64,000 nucleotides of DNA from Callorhinchus milii (Eukaryota), in contig NW_024704743.1 in assembly GCF_018977255.1 (NCBI RefSeq), positions 95,978,001-96,042,000 of the forward strand, written 5' to 3'. Within the stretch, counting starts at the first letter, position 1, and each line of letters begins with the position of its first letter. A program made the translations under genes and the position numbers. Positions 37,801 through 52,800 of this stretch are shown here, piece by piece. The notes under the pieces were generated by a model. It worked only from the letters and a program-made list of their open reading frames with translations. It ran no database searches and was not told the origin of the DNA.

Positions 37801-40800
37801 CAATACAATATTACATTTATATAAGGCCTTTTACGCCCAGAGGACGTCCCAAGGCGCTGGACAGTCAGGGATTTGGACCTGAGCAGGAGGTTGGGATCGG
37901 GGAGGGTGGAGGCCAGGGAAGGTAGAATCCAACTTTGAAATGCTATTGAAATAAAAAATGAGTGTAAAAGACCAAGAATAACCTGGCAAAACATTGTATA
38001 AAACAGTCTCCGAAAAGCTACCAGCAGAACAGACGGAACACTGGTGAGAAAATCAATGCTTGTGGGTAACATAGTAACATCGTCCAATGCAGCATAACCA
38101 AACAGACCAGAAAGTTACAGGCACCAATCGCAGTCAGTGTGTGCTGAGTTAGCTGATCTCAGGCAGGGCAGCCACCGAGGTGTACAACTTGTCTCAATGC
38201 TTAATTGGCCTCAGTGCTTCATCAGCAAGAAAAGGTAAAATAATTGCCAGGATTCCTGTTCCTGAGCATTTATCCAGACCCGCAGAAATATTTTAGCACT
38301 CAATGCAAATAAACCAATAACAGAAACATTTCCTTGTAAGAAATTGAGGAGATTATAATAAGGAGAGGAGAGCATGTAAACAATTACACTCCAGCCTCAT
38401 AACAAGTTCTTTGTGAAACTTAACATTCTGTACTATCTCAAAGTGAGTTCTATAGTGACCGCCCCAATAACACAGGATAAAATGCATCATGAAGAAAAAG
38501 ACTTGTTCGGAAAAGTAAAACTTCATAACAGTGAGGTCATATCAAAATATTTGACATGTCATTATGACCTGGCAATTTGTTCTCAAAACTTGACCGAGAT
38601 TTTGGAAAACAGAAATCATCAAATACTTTTAAACCATTTCGTTTTTGAAACCTACATGAAATGTAATAACAGTTTCACTCCGAAATTTACCCAAAACAAA
38701 GCTCACAGAGCAACAAAGAATACATTATCAAGAGATGATCTGTACCTGTTATTGAACAACATCGGAAGAGACTCTGCGGGTGGAAGGACAGGTTCCACAT
38801 CCTGCTCAGTGACTTGTGATACTTCTGTCGCTATTTCCAACATCTGTCGTAATCCGGCTATGTTCTCAACCAAAGACTCGAGGCTTTCATCATATTTTGC
38901 CATATCCTGAGCCAGAGTGAAACAAATGATCAGTTTACAGGTTTGAATTTATTCCTGCTTTTTGTTTTTGCCAAACATATTGCAGCAGAATCTATATTCA
39001 AACTTCATTACAGATGGCAAATATTCTGTTTGGCATATTTCTAAACATTTAGCAATAAAAGAAAATTAAAATCTGTGGAAAGGCAATGCTGTCCATTATT
39101 CGCATGCAATGCTAGATTTGGAGCATGGCTCAGCCTATGTCAGCCTGGCTTAGTTTGGTAGCATTCTCATCTCCAAGACAGATGGTTGTGGGTTCAAACC
39201 CCATGTTGGAACGTGGAACTCATAACACCTTGTGTGCTGCATTGTTGTAAATGCCATCCTTCAGAAAAGATATTAAACCGAGGCCCCAGGTTCACTCAGA
39301 TGGATGTTATTCAAGAAGAGAAGAGACTTTCTCCCGGTGTCCTACTCAACAATCCCCCAAATAATATTGGTCATTCACTCCATGGCTGTTTGAACGACAT
39401 TGCTGTGCACAAATTGGCTTTCACGTTCAAACACAAAAACACATAATATATCACAAAGCATATTATAAACACATACTTTATAATATATCTTGTGAAGCGC
39501 TTTGCTGATATGAAAAGCACTATACCGAATGCAAGAATTATTATTTTTATTATTAGAGCTCTCCAGTACTCAAAGTAATAGTGACTTTGAGCATGCCATT
39601 ATGGAGCACTGATAACTTTCATGCCACTTGTCCAGCTCTAGGCTTGCTTCAACAGCTACCATTACTTTAAGTGCTGGACATCTCTAAAGCTAGCATTGGA
39701 TGAGGAGAATCATTCCATTTCCAGAATGTTGAATTGGAATTACCTTTCCAGGGACAGGTATAGCTCCATCACTTTCCTTGAAAACGGGAATCCAATTTGT
39801 ATTATAATAATAATAATCCTTGTATTTGATATAGCGCTTTTCACGTCTTCTAGACGTCTCAAAGTGCTTCACAGAATATATTGTAAAGTGAATTGACTCT
39901 ATATTTGTGGGCAAAACACGGCAGCCAATTGGCACAGCAGTGTCCCACATTCGTGAAATGAGTGACCAAATTTTTTTTTAAGGATTATTATTCCCAGAAA
40001 AGCGATCCACCAATTGACTAACATCCGGGTTCCTACTTACTGTTAGGTAAACAGAGGCGTGTGGAGTAAGTACACTTGCCCAACATTTTGCCCTGCCAGG
40101 AATCAAATCCAGGAATCTCGCAGTCAGTTGTCAGAAGTAGCATCCCCAGTGTTAAATAATCCTCCAAACCTTCTTTCAATACATCACAAATCTACTCACT
40201 TAAGGTACTCAGCGGTTCAAAACTATTTGCTTTTAATGGTCGATTGTATTTCTAGACAATATAAATTTTATACCACTCTGGACCTCCAACCCAGAATCCC
40301 TCTGCATTGCCCCCTTCCAATGAACCTCCTTCATTCAAACCTGTCATGATCTTATGATCTATAATTGGATATCAGTTTCTCATACCGTTACAAGCTTATC
40401 CAGGTCACACAGCAAGTGGCCTTCAGTGGCATCCTTCCATTGCAGCAGCTGCTTCACTTCCATAGCACTGAGTGCTAAAGAACGGGGAGTTTGGGCACCA
40501 TCTACTTCCATAGGGGCACCTTCATCTCCACCAGTAGCCTGGACAATAACATATCAAATATACACTATCAGAATTAAATAAGCAATATCAAAATAAATTT
40601 ACTATTGAACTATTGAGGTCAATATCATGGGCTACTTTTTATTCCTAAACAAACCATTAAGGGAGTTACTCCCAATTAAAATTGGTCATTTGCTTCATAG
40701 CTGTTTGCGGGACACTGCTGTGCAAAAATGAGTTACTGTGTCCACCCGAAACTACACAGTCACTAACTACACTTTACAGTAAAGTCCTGTGCAGTGCTTT

Positions 40801-43800
40801 GAAATGTCTCGAGAACATGTTAAATCACGACATCAAATGCAAGGATTATGTCAAATATGAGAATTATTATTACCTATTTGTTTAATATGATTAAATGATT
40901 CCCATGATTATCTGAACGCACACGGTTTATTTAAACATTGTTAAATATTCTATTAATACAGAAGACATAGAAATTACATTTTATATGCACCATTAAGATA
41001 GAAGAAAACACGACTGAGAATAAGCCTCAGCATACATTATGGTTTAAAAATACAAATTGTTCCCCTGCACTCCACTGATTTTAAAACACAAAGCAGTTTT
41101 TGTTCAAGGTGTCCGTCAGAGAGCTACAGACTCTGATTAGTTGTGCAGATTCAAATCACTGAATACTACCCACTGTTTTCCTTGACATTGTAATGAAACC
41201 ACCCTTTATGCAAGCCAGGACAAGTAGAGCAATATGCAAAAGAAGAACTTTCCTTCCTGTACATTACAAGCTGTGATTTGGTTTCAAGTAATAAAAAAAA
41301 ACTCAGATTAAAGAACCCAGTTACTTTTCCTGAAATGTCATTCCAGAAAATTAGTTCAAGCTTCGACTCTTGAATCCATAACCTTCTGACCCAGAGGTGA
41401 GAGTGCTACCAGCCGACCCAAGCATACACATCACTGTTAATAGTTGCAATTGCAAAACTCTTTACATTTAACAAATATTATTCCACTTACCAATGTGTCA
41501 GTGTTTATGATCTGCCGTAGAAAATCTAGGAATAAAGATGCCAATTCAGCCATTTCCTTGTTAAAGCCACGAACCAAACGCTTTAGCAAACAATAGAGGG
41601 CTTCATTGTGTCGTCGGACAGAACTATTCAGAGGAAAAACAAAATCAGATTGCTTTTAGAAAAAGACTAACGTAACTTGCACATTGTAAAACAGTTTCAG
41701 TATATATTCTCCCCAAAACAAATCAATCAGCAAACCTGACAAACGATTGTTTCACTTATCTTAAACTAAGAGAAGTATAATTGCTTACACTGGATTTTGA
41801 CTCATTTAAAAACGGACATTGTTTGGAGAAACCATCTATTTTGGTAGGTAAGGGGTGGTGGTGGGTGTGGCACAGATTTAACCATCTGTATCAAGAGACA
41901 GACAAAATTCTGAATAGATCCTTAAATATTCTGAATCGCCATGATAACATGGATCATTTACTAACAAATCCATTAAACACAATTCAATCATCATCAACAC
42001 CTGAAATCCATATTTAAGAAACAATGCACATATCCTACAGCCAGAGGCTGTGAAAAGTAAACCAATATATGTGTAAATGCAAAATGTAACAATAGCGCTT
42101 CAAAGGCTATTGGAGAAAATATCAGAACAAATACAAAGCTGTCACTCAGATTAATGTAGACCCAAGGATGGCCCTTTGACATTGTTCCTTCTTTGAAAAA
42201 AAAGTATTGCAAACAATCAACCCTAAGCACTCAAATCTGCAGTGTGGCATCATTTACTAGAACCAGGATTACAGTAGTTCCCTTTTTCAACCAGCACCAC
42301 AGAACAACAGATAACTCTGTAAACAGAGGATATTAGAGGGTTTTTTTCAGTCACTAAAATCTTCCAGATACATGCAATTTCACTAAAATTGATATTTAAA
42401 AAATATTTCTACATGGCCTTGATCTTGAATAAATTTCTCGCTCATAGTTATATCAAATGACACAAGTGCAACCTGTTAAGTCTCTCTCTTTCCCTCTCCT
42501 CACATTGGAACAGGAGGCCACTAAGCCTGTTCTACCAGTTTATTATATCGTGGCAGATCTTATAATCCCATTTCTCTAGCATTTCCTTAGAACTCTTAAT
42601 CTACTCAATCAAAATCGGTTGCTGTGTTCCCCGATAATACTGTCACTACACTTTATAGTAAATTCTATGATGCACTTTGAGCTGTTTCCACAATGTAATA
42701 AAGCGCTATATAAAATGCAAGGAATATTGTATTTTAAATGAGTATCTCAACCAATTATTTAACTCTGGCCTTCTAGAGCAGTGTTTCCCACATCTCACTG
42801 CACTTGCTGGCGTTATAGAAACACTGCATACCACCACTGAATACAGAAGCAGATCACTTCAGTCCCTGCATATTCCCCACACCTCTTCAAGCCTTTCTCT
42901 TTCATATGCCTATCCACTTCCCTCTTGAAAGTGTTTCACCCACAAAGCAGACTGCTTTTAGAAAAAAGACTAGCTTAACTGCACATTCTAAAACAGGTTC
43001 ATCATATATTCCTCCCAAAACAAATCAATGAGCAAACCAATTATATGTTTTGTGAAGGCTTTGAGTTGTCTCGAAGACGTGATAAGCTTCAACTAAGAGA
43101 AGTCTGATTGTTCACACTGGATTTGTGACTCATTTGAAAATTAAAGGTCACAAAATTAACGGAGAAACCAATGTCCAGAATGTTATAGCTACAAGTTTCA
43201 ATGATTGAGATGATACCCTGATATCCTACAACTGATTATGTTAAACAAGCATAAAATATAAGAGTAAAGCAACCAAAGCAGCTCTACTGAGATCAGTAAT
43301 AAACTGATAAACCTAATCCCTCCCTTACAACAAAGGGAACAAACCCTTCTATTTTGTGGAAGGCAAACCTTCCACCCAAAGGTAAATAGATTATATGACT
43401 AATCTCTTGCTCAGTGCGTAGTTTTGTAAAGGTAGTTGTCTGCCTCTGGCACATTCCCATGAATTTGCAAAACCAAATTAATCATCAGTAGATGTACAAT
43501 GATACAGCAAGAGGCAAGAAAGGAGGAACACTGGTAGTTGTTCTGTAAATGCAAATCTTCTACACATAGTAAGGGCAACCTACAATAACAACAAGATTAC
43601 ATTTGTATTGCGCCTTTCACGTCCGGAGGACGTCCCAAGGCGCTGGACGGTGTACAGCATTTCAGACCCGAGCTGGGGTCAGGGAGGGAGAAGGGAGGAG
43701 AGGGGAAGGGGAGGTGATCGATGGCATGGTTGAAGAGGAGGGTCTTGAGGCAGGGCTTGAAGGAGGCTAAGGAGGGGGAGACGAAGACTGATTAGGGGAT

Positions 43801-46800
43801 GAGAATTCCAGAGGTTGGGGACAGAGTGGCTGAAGGATCTCCCGCCAATGGTGGGGTGGTTGGGTCGGGGGACGTGAAGCAGGCCAGAGCCGGCTGAGCA
43901 GAGGGAGCGGGCGGGTTGGTAGGGGGTTAGGAGGTCGCAGAGGTAGGATGGGGCGAGGCCATGGAGGGCTTTGTATGTGAGGACCAGGAACTTGAGCCAA
44001 TGGAGTCGGGCGAGAATGGGGGAGATGGGGTCATGGAGTTTGGTGCGGGCGAGGACACGGGCTGCAGAGTTCTGGATTATCTGCAGCCTGTGGAGGGAGG
44101 AGTTGGGAAGGCCGACAAACAGGGCATTTGCATAGTCGAGCCTGGAGGTGATGAAGGCATGAACAAGAGTTTCAGCGGCCTGAGGGATGAGATAGTGGCG
44201 GAGTCAGACGATGTTACGGAGGTGAGGGAAGGCAGAGCGGGTCATGGCTTGAATGTGGGGGAGAAAAGACAGTTGAGGGTCGAACAAGACACCTGGGTTC
44301 CTGACTGGTTTGGTGAGTTGTAGTGTACAACCATGGAGGTTGATGTTGCCAGAGCCTGAGCTGCTGAGGCGCTGGCGCGAACCAATCAGGAGGGCCTCAG
44401 TCTTGTTCACATTCAACTGTAGAAAGTTTGCTCTCATCCAGGACTTGATGTCCGACAGGCAGTCTGTCAGGACAGCAGTGGTCCTGGAGTTGAGAGTGGA
44501 GGCAGAAAGATAGAGTTGGGTGTCATCCGCATACGTGTGGAAGTTGACCCCATGTCTGCGGATGATGTCACCAAGGGGGAGCATGTGGATATTAAAGAGG
44601 AGAGGGCCAAGGACAGAGCCCTGGGGGATGCCAGACGTGACAGTGCGGGGACTGGAGGTGAAACTGTTAGAGGCAACAAAATGGAGACCTAAATCAGTTC
44701 TTGAATATTTTTATTGGCAGTTCATAGCGAATTACGTTAACAAAGGGAAACTACACTAAATATAGTTACCAAGTTCACTTTCCTGTTTTTCTCAACACTG
44801 GCTATCTTCTGCAATGTGGGGCGGGACTAGACTATGATTATTTCACAGAATTGTCTTATAGTTAATGTCGCATGGATAGTGTCACAAATGCAGTCCTTAG
44901 CCTTGTAGGTTTTCACCAGCAAATGAGAATCAGAACTTTACAAATATTGGTCACAGAATCATAGAATCATACAGCACAGAAGGAGGCCATACGGCACAGC
45001 TCTTTGAAAAGAGCTCTCCAAATCAATCCCACTCCTCCGCTCTCTCCCCATAACCCTGCAAACTTGTCCTCCCCAAATAATTATTTACTTCTCTCTTAAA
45101 AGTTATCAGCATCCACCACTCTTTCAGGCAATGCATTCCAGATCAGAACAACTTGCTGTGTGAAAAAAATTTCTCCTCACCTACCCTCTGTTTCTTTTAA
45201 CAACCATTTTAAATCGGTGTCTTCGGGTTACCAACCCACCCGCCAGTGGAAATAGTTTCTCCTTGTTCACTCTATCGGATACCCTCTTAATTTTGAAAAC
45301 TTCAATTTAAGTCTCCTCTTAACTTTCTCTGCTCCAAGGAGATTAATCCTAGCTTCTCTAGCCTCTCTTGATAACTGAAGTCCCTCATTCCTGGTACCAT
45401 CCTGGTAAATCTCCTTTGCACCCTCTCCGTTGGCTTGACATCCTTCCTAAAGTAGGGGGACCAGAACTGAACACAGTACTCTAGCTGAGGCTTAACCAGT
45501 GTTTTATAAAGGTTCATCATAACTTCCTGACGTTTGTATTCTACACCCCTATTTATAAAGCCTAGTATCCTGTATGCTCTCTTAACGCATAGTTTACCTG
45601 TACTGCCACTTTCAAAGATTTACTTATATGAACCCCCAGGTCTCTCTATTCCTTCACCCCCTTTAAGATTGCACCATCAGCTTATATTGCCTCTCTTCAT
45701 TCTTCCTCCCAAAATGCATCACTTTGCATTTCTCCACATTAAACCTCATCTGCCCACTTTACGAGTCTGTCTATGGTCCTCTTGCAATCTGTTACTATCC
45801 TCCTCACTGTTTACTACATTTCCGAGCTTAGTATCATCTGCAAACTTGGAAATTGTACTCTCTATACCCAAGTCCAGGCCATTTATATAGATTAAAAAAA
45901 ACAGCAGTGGTCCCAATACTGACCCCTGGGGGATACCATTGCACACTTCCCTCCAGTCAGAAAAACAACCGCTCACCACCACTCTCTGCTTTCTGTCTCC
46001 CAGCCAGTTCTGTATCCACTGTCCCTTTAATCCTATGGGCTTCTATTTTACTTCTATTTTTATTTCATAGGTAAGATTTTGGCACCACAAGCCTTTGAAA
46101 TAAAAAGATGTAACCAAAACTTGAAATATGTAATCAGCTGTCCTTTGAAAGATAAATACACTAAATAAAGCTTTTGCTTGTATACAAATCTCACAAAACT
46201 TTCACACCAGAATCAAGCTCAAGCAAAATAGGTTTAAGTAATAATGAACTTTAAATTGTAATAAATTGTTATAATCAGGTCAGACATGAGCTTGGAAAGG
46301 ATAAGATTCAAATCCTGAGCTCTGGGTGAAAACTCTTGAATTATTAAAAACATTGAGCAAATTCTTTGGTGGATACTAAGAAGGTACTGTGCGTAGGATT
46401 TTCAGCACATCACATTCCCAAGGAGTTACAAGAAATGTCTTTCCTAGTTACGGTTGTACATGATTCATGCAGGTAGACCTTGTCTCCACCTAAGGTTTCA
46501 ACTGTGACCTATTACCCCTCATATAATGCTGAATAGAATGAATAATGAAACAAGACAATGCAAAATTTACTGAGCATTCACCACTGTTGAAACTAATCCC
46601 TCCTTTTTTTTTTAAAATGTGCAGTACTTTGGTGTTGGTACCCAATCAAACTCTCAGTGATTTGACAAGGTGACATAGTCCGTAACTGGTGGTAGAGATT
46701 TGTTCCTAGATTCCTGCAGGCATTCTGGTTTCATTCTTTTTAACCCATGTGGAATGCCTTCACTACTTTTATAAAAAGGAACCTGGTCTACCATTGCAGA

Positions 46801-49800
46801 ATGAGTCTTTCCAGTGCTTTGGTGTAGGAAGTAGAAGGAAACATAACAGGAACTAGCAGAAATTGATAGCCACATCATTAATTTGACCATAATGACATGA
46901 AAGCAGGGAAATTGCATTCATGAGTGGTGTGTACAAAAGGTACACAAGGTGAGGGATGAGAGACATAACAATACCTTATAAGGCAGTGTCAACTTACATC
47001 ATAATCAATATCAAATATGGGTGTCAATACCTAACTCGCTGACCCTAAGTCTTTCAATGGCAATGTCAACTTACAAAATAATCAATATCAATATACTAGG
47101 TTCATTTAACAATGGCAGGTCCCACTGAATAAAAAGGAACCTTGACTGGGACAAATGTTCATTAAAAAATCTTGAATTAGTGTGATAGGACTCAACCAGT
47201 TGTCAAAGTCAAAACAGCCATGACCAAATTAAGATAGCGTTCCAGACACAGTTGCCCCCACAAATGATGTTGAAGAAGGATGAGGAAAACCAGGTGCCGG
47301 CGATGGCAACGAAGGAGGATTAGTCGTAGACCCCGCCATCCAACATACAGGAGGATGGTACAGATGACTGCACACCTTAAAAGCTGCTCTAGGCCTCAGG
47401 AAGACATGTATATCAATTTGAAAGCAAGGACCAACAGACATCTTAACAAATCCTTGAAGCAGCATCGAATGCCCTGAGGATGTCTGTCTGAAAGCCACAC
47501 TGCTACATAAGAATTAAGAGTATCAGTTGAAATAAGTACTTGAGACTTGGGGCAAAAAACATATTTGCCTAATTCTTATTTCAAAAATCCCCAATCCACA
47601 GTTAGGTAAGGGATAACCTTGGCGATTTAGGTAATACACTTGGCAGGGGCGAACGAGTTGGATATTCTGCATGTGACTCACCTCTGCCTATTGCAGAATA
47701 TCCAACAGTATATCAACAGTATAAGAAAGAGAACCTGATTGGTGAAAGGTTGAACCCCTGGGATTTCTAGTTACAATTACATTACGAATGGGATCAGTAA
47801 CTCTGCCTCAAGCATGTATTCCAAAGATGCATCTTAGATAAGACAACAGAGACCTTTCATGTGTCAGACACCTGGCTGCCCCTCAAAAAATTGGGCAGGG
47901 TCACTGGTAAGGGTTTGGTATGTTGGGGGTAGGGATGAGGGGTGGAGACGTATCTGGGTCAAGCAGAAGAGAAGATAACTGGGTGTGGGTGGTGTAAGGA
48001 GTGGGAGGAAACATAGCAGGGACTAGGAGAAAGTGATAGCTACGTGATTAAAAAATAATAATAGGTCACTCAATCCATGGGGCAATGCTGTGCACAATTG
48101 GCAGCCGAGTTTCACCCGCAAAAGATACAATCAATTCACTTTACAGTATGTTCTGTTAAGCACTTTGAGGCGTCTCGAAGACATGTTAAGGCGCTATATC
48201 AAATGCACGGATTATTATTATTATTGGGAAGTTCTCCCGACCTGAAAAGCACTATACAAAGGTAATTTGTTGTTTTCATTTTTGTAACAGACAGTAAGCT
48301 AATAAGAGTATATTTTAACTGCAGAAATACCAGTTAAGATGGGAATAAAAACTTTGTTCTTGATTTTAAATAAACTGCTGCTGACATACATACTAAAAAA
48401 AATGAGCTGGAACACTAAAACAGGTCTGTTTATAGTGCACCTGGAAGGCACCAAAGTCAATCATTCTGTCCTTCAGATAATTACAATGATATATGCTATC
48501 GAGTAGAATGCCAGTTAACTGTACAGAGACTATCCACATGTCTGCTTATCTGCGTTGGGGCTTAGATGTCAAAGTAAGTCAGCCTGTCACATAAGTAAAT
48601 GTTTTTAGTTGGCACGTTAGCTGATGCATGATTTTCCCAAGCAGTGTGAGATGCGAGTGTGAGAACCCAAACACACAGAGATAGCTAGATAGGCAGAGAC
48701 ACGCAAAAAACAGACACTTGATATCCGCACTGTTTTCATATCCACAGCCATGCTTTGTACTAATTCATAATGAATTCATCTATATTATACATACATATAT
48801 AAAATTCATTTTGGAAGCTCATTTACTGGGACATATATCTACTGTATCCTGTAAGCTACTCCAACTGCACCACAATCAATAAAAGATTCAAAAGAAAGTG
48901 TTTTTTTTTAGCATATTACAAAGAACAATTGACTAGATGTACACTGCACCCTGAGGACTCAGGTGGCACTATGCCATGTAGAAACAAATTTTGAGTGGTT
49001 AATGACTTGCACGAACTTTTAAGACTATTAAGATCTATTTCCAGAAATTGTAGACCTCAGTATAGAGCAAATAAACGTTCCAATTTATCTCTGAGCTTTC
49101 CCCTTGGGTAGGATCTGTTATTACCCCAATTTGCTATCCAACTGTGTTGACAGGAAAAGGATTAATTTTCTGAATCTGGCACTCTGCACTCTGCACCCAG
49201 TTCACAAGAATAGTGTGCACTCATTTTAAACTGAGAAATAAAACACTGTTTTACAGTTGGTTAAAACTCAAGCACAGAGTGAAAAATTATCACAACGATA
49301 TCTGATCAAGGAGTTTAGATAATATCATAAATCACAAGTTATATTCTTTGAGCTGAGTAGGAGCAGATTTTATTAAGTTTTGCCTTTTCCCAGCAGGTGT
49401 CACAATTGGCATCAAAAGCTAAGATGCTCCATTCGTGTTGATTTTGGTGATGATTTTCTCAACAAAAGATTAAATCTGACTAACCACACCTCGATGACTG
49501 GAATTTAATCTGCAGCTGTTGATTTCCACAAAATAACTCTCTAGTATAAAATAACAATTTTAGTTCAACACTTCAGAGTGAAAAATGAATACTTTCTTAT
49601 AAAAAATGTAATAAATCAATGTATCCATGATATAAAGCTTCAATTGTGTTTTCATAGATTAAGAAATACCTTAACATTTCCATACCTTCACTGAATCTGA
49701 CACAAACATTCCAACATGAATCCTCTGTTTTTACATCCTACAGCAGAAAAAGAGAGCCAAGCATTGGGAAAGGCCAGATGTCCTGGGCTCATTTTAACTG

Positions 49801-52800
49801 CACTAAATATACCGACAATTTGGGACGTTCTCCTGATGTGAAATCGCTATATCAATGTAATTTATTATTGTTGTTGACAAGTTAATTTTTATCTGTAGTA
49901 AAACTCATAAAAGATTTGCTTTGCATACAAGCCACACTCAAAAAAATTCCCAGAAATGATTTGCTATAAGGTTTGGATTTTCAGACAATATAAATCTAAA
50001 GCAGTGCAGAAATTATTTTCCAAAATTTATTTTTAAAATGATTTTGATAATGAACCAATAAAACACTTGTTAAAATTGCTTAGTTTGGTATCTTTCATTC
50101 TTGAAATACCTTGAGATCTCTAATTAAACTGGCGGGAGAGCCTTCAGCCACTCTGCCCCCAACCTCTGGAACTCTATCCCCCAGTCACTCCGCCTCGCCC
50201 CCTCCTTAGCCTCCTTCAAGTCCCGCCTCAAAACCCTCCTCTTCAACCATGCCATTGGTCACCCCCCGTCTCCTCCCCTCTCCCCCCCTGACCCCAGCTT
50301 GGGTCTGAAATGCTGTACACTGTCCAGGTCCTTGTGACGTCCTCCCGACGTGAAAGGCGCTATACAAATGTAATCTTGTTGTTGTTGTTGTAAAGACATT
50401 TTTTCTCAACCCTCCATGCACTCTGCACTGGGTGTGAAACACAATATTGGCAAACCAGATCTGTTGCATTAATTCTGCTTTGCAATTTTGAGCTTTTAAA
50501 AAAAATGCTTATTTTTGAATCCCTAGAGTTGGCAAAAGGCGGTACTTTGTTTTCCAGCCTCCTGACAGATATTGTGGGTTTTTTCTTGCCTGAGAAACTG
50601 CCCCAAAGCTAAATAGTAAATTATTAGGATTTCAATGATAATCTATAAACTTGTTTGCTTGTGTTTTTCCTTCCGACATGACTTTTCTTCTTGAAAATAG
50701 AAGCTCATTCTGGGTACAAGATTGACTGTTTTAAGTAGCCATTTGTTAGTACAGGAAGCTCTTCTGATTGGCTCGTGCCAACGCCTTCACACCTCAGGCA
50801 CTGGCAGGACCAGCATCCATGGACACTCCACCTCACCAAGCCAGTCAGGAACCTGAGCGTATTGTTCGACCCTCAACTGTCCTTTTTTCCCCACGTCCAT
50901 GCCATGACTCGCTCTACTTTCCCCGACCTCCACAACAATGCTCAACACCGCCACTGCCTCACCCATCAAGCCGCCGAAACCCTCTTACATGCCTTCATTA
51001 CATCCAGGTTCAACTATGCCAATGCCCTACTTGTCGACTTTCCCAAATCTTCCCCCCACAAGTTGGACATCATCCAGAACTCTGCAGCTCGTGTCCTCTC
51101 CCACACCAGACTCTGTGATCCCATCAAACCCATCCTCGCCCGGCTTCACTGGCTCCCAATCCCTCAGTGAATCGAGTTCAAAATCCTTCTCATCTTCAAG
51201 GCCCTCAGTGGTCTGCCCCCACCTACCTCTCCAACCTGTTAACCCCTTATCAACCTGTCCGCTCCATCTGCTCCGGCCTGCTCCATGTTCCCCGCCCAGC
51301 CCATCCCACCATCGGCGGTCGAGCCTTCAGCCTCTCTGCCCCCACCCTCTGGAACTCCATCCACATTTCCTTCACCTCCCGCCCTCCCTTGCCTCTTTCA
51401 AGGCACACCTCAAGACCCTCCTCTTCGACGTGCCTTCGGCCAACCTCCTTCCCTCTCTGCCCTCCACCCTCCCTGATCCCAACCCCCTGCCCCCACTCGG
51501 ATACTAATCACTGACTGTTCAGCACTTTCGGACATCCTCAAGACGTGAAAAGTGCTTTACAAATGTAATTTTGTATTGTATTGTACAACCTGGTCCAGTG
51601 TCATTATAAGATAGGAAGCATGCTCCCTGTTGAGATACATATGATCAGAACTCACTACTTATTGTAGTACTGAAGGGTTGCACCCATGCCTTCCTCATCG
51701 TCCCCTTACCCCCTCCCAACCACCACCACGTGATTTGTTCATTCTGAACAAATTGATACAAACTAACCAGAACTGTTCCTTGGTTCAGTCGTCTGGAAGA
51801 AAACTTTAAAGCATAAGTTTGAAATACGTTTACCTCTTCAAATGAAAAAGCCCATATTCGTGTTCTGTTAAAAACATCATGGTCCTGAGACAGGTGAGGA
51901 CTGTAGTGTAACTGGTCTCACTGTTAGATACCGCCTCCAACAAACAGTCACAAACTGGTGATAACACTTCTCTGTTTGGTAGGGAATTAGAGAGTTGCTC
52001 TAGGTCAGAACTGGATCCCTCTGCTGAGTTATTCAAGATCAGTGAAATGTCCTATAAAAGGAAAAAAAAACACCAATATCAGAAAAACACAGACTGCTCT
52101 TTGTTCCAACCTGTAGTGTACATCGTATTTTAGAATATCATGAAGGACATCTACTGTTCCCCACATAGCAGTGTGAATCAATGACAGTTGGTTAAAATAA
52201 AAAAAGGACGCCTTTGTAAAAGGTCTGATTTTACAAACTTTCATATCCGGACTATTGGCAACTGGCCACTTTGCAGTTATGAAAATTGTGATTATTGGAT
52301 TTTACTTTTTGACAACTGCTAATCAGAAACATTGTACCAAAGAAAAAAAGTTACAAGGAGTTTGGGTGACACATAAATCATCAAAGTGAAGGTAAATTGC
52401 ACAAAGTTTTGGTAACTTCTCATTTTAATTCAATGTTTTTGACTGGCAACCTGGTTACTGCAGTTTTCACAACCACAAAGGGGTGATTTTCATTTGTGCT
52501 GTTATCAAGCATTCTCCTGTAGCTCAGTCTGGCTTCATACCAAAACTCCATATAAACTGTTCTGAAAACCAAAACCGACAACAGCTCCTTTACCTCTTTT
52601 TAACTATACTAAAGATATCAGCTTGCCTTAGTTTGCGGGCAAATGTAGCAGCTAATTTAGGTACAGCAATGTTCCATAAACAAGTATGAAGTGAATTACT
52701 AATTTCTAATCTAAGGTATTGTCCAGGACACCAGGAGTAACTCCCTTGTCTTTTCAAACAGAAATCATGCTTGTGTCATCAGTCCAATTTAAATCCTCTG

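Noticed and set aside
46983..47097. ~37-bp direct repeat ggca.tgtcaacttaca..ataatcaatatcaa
   Set aside because: Small local duplication with no further structure.
47280..47477. Arg-rich 65-aa ORF resembling a protamine
   Set aside because: Only the first ~25 residues are Arg-rich, and there is no supporting promoter, poly(A) signal or recognisable homology.
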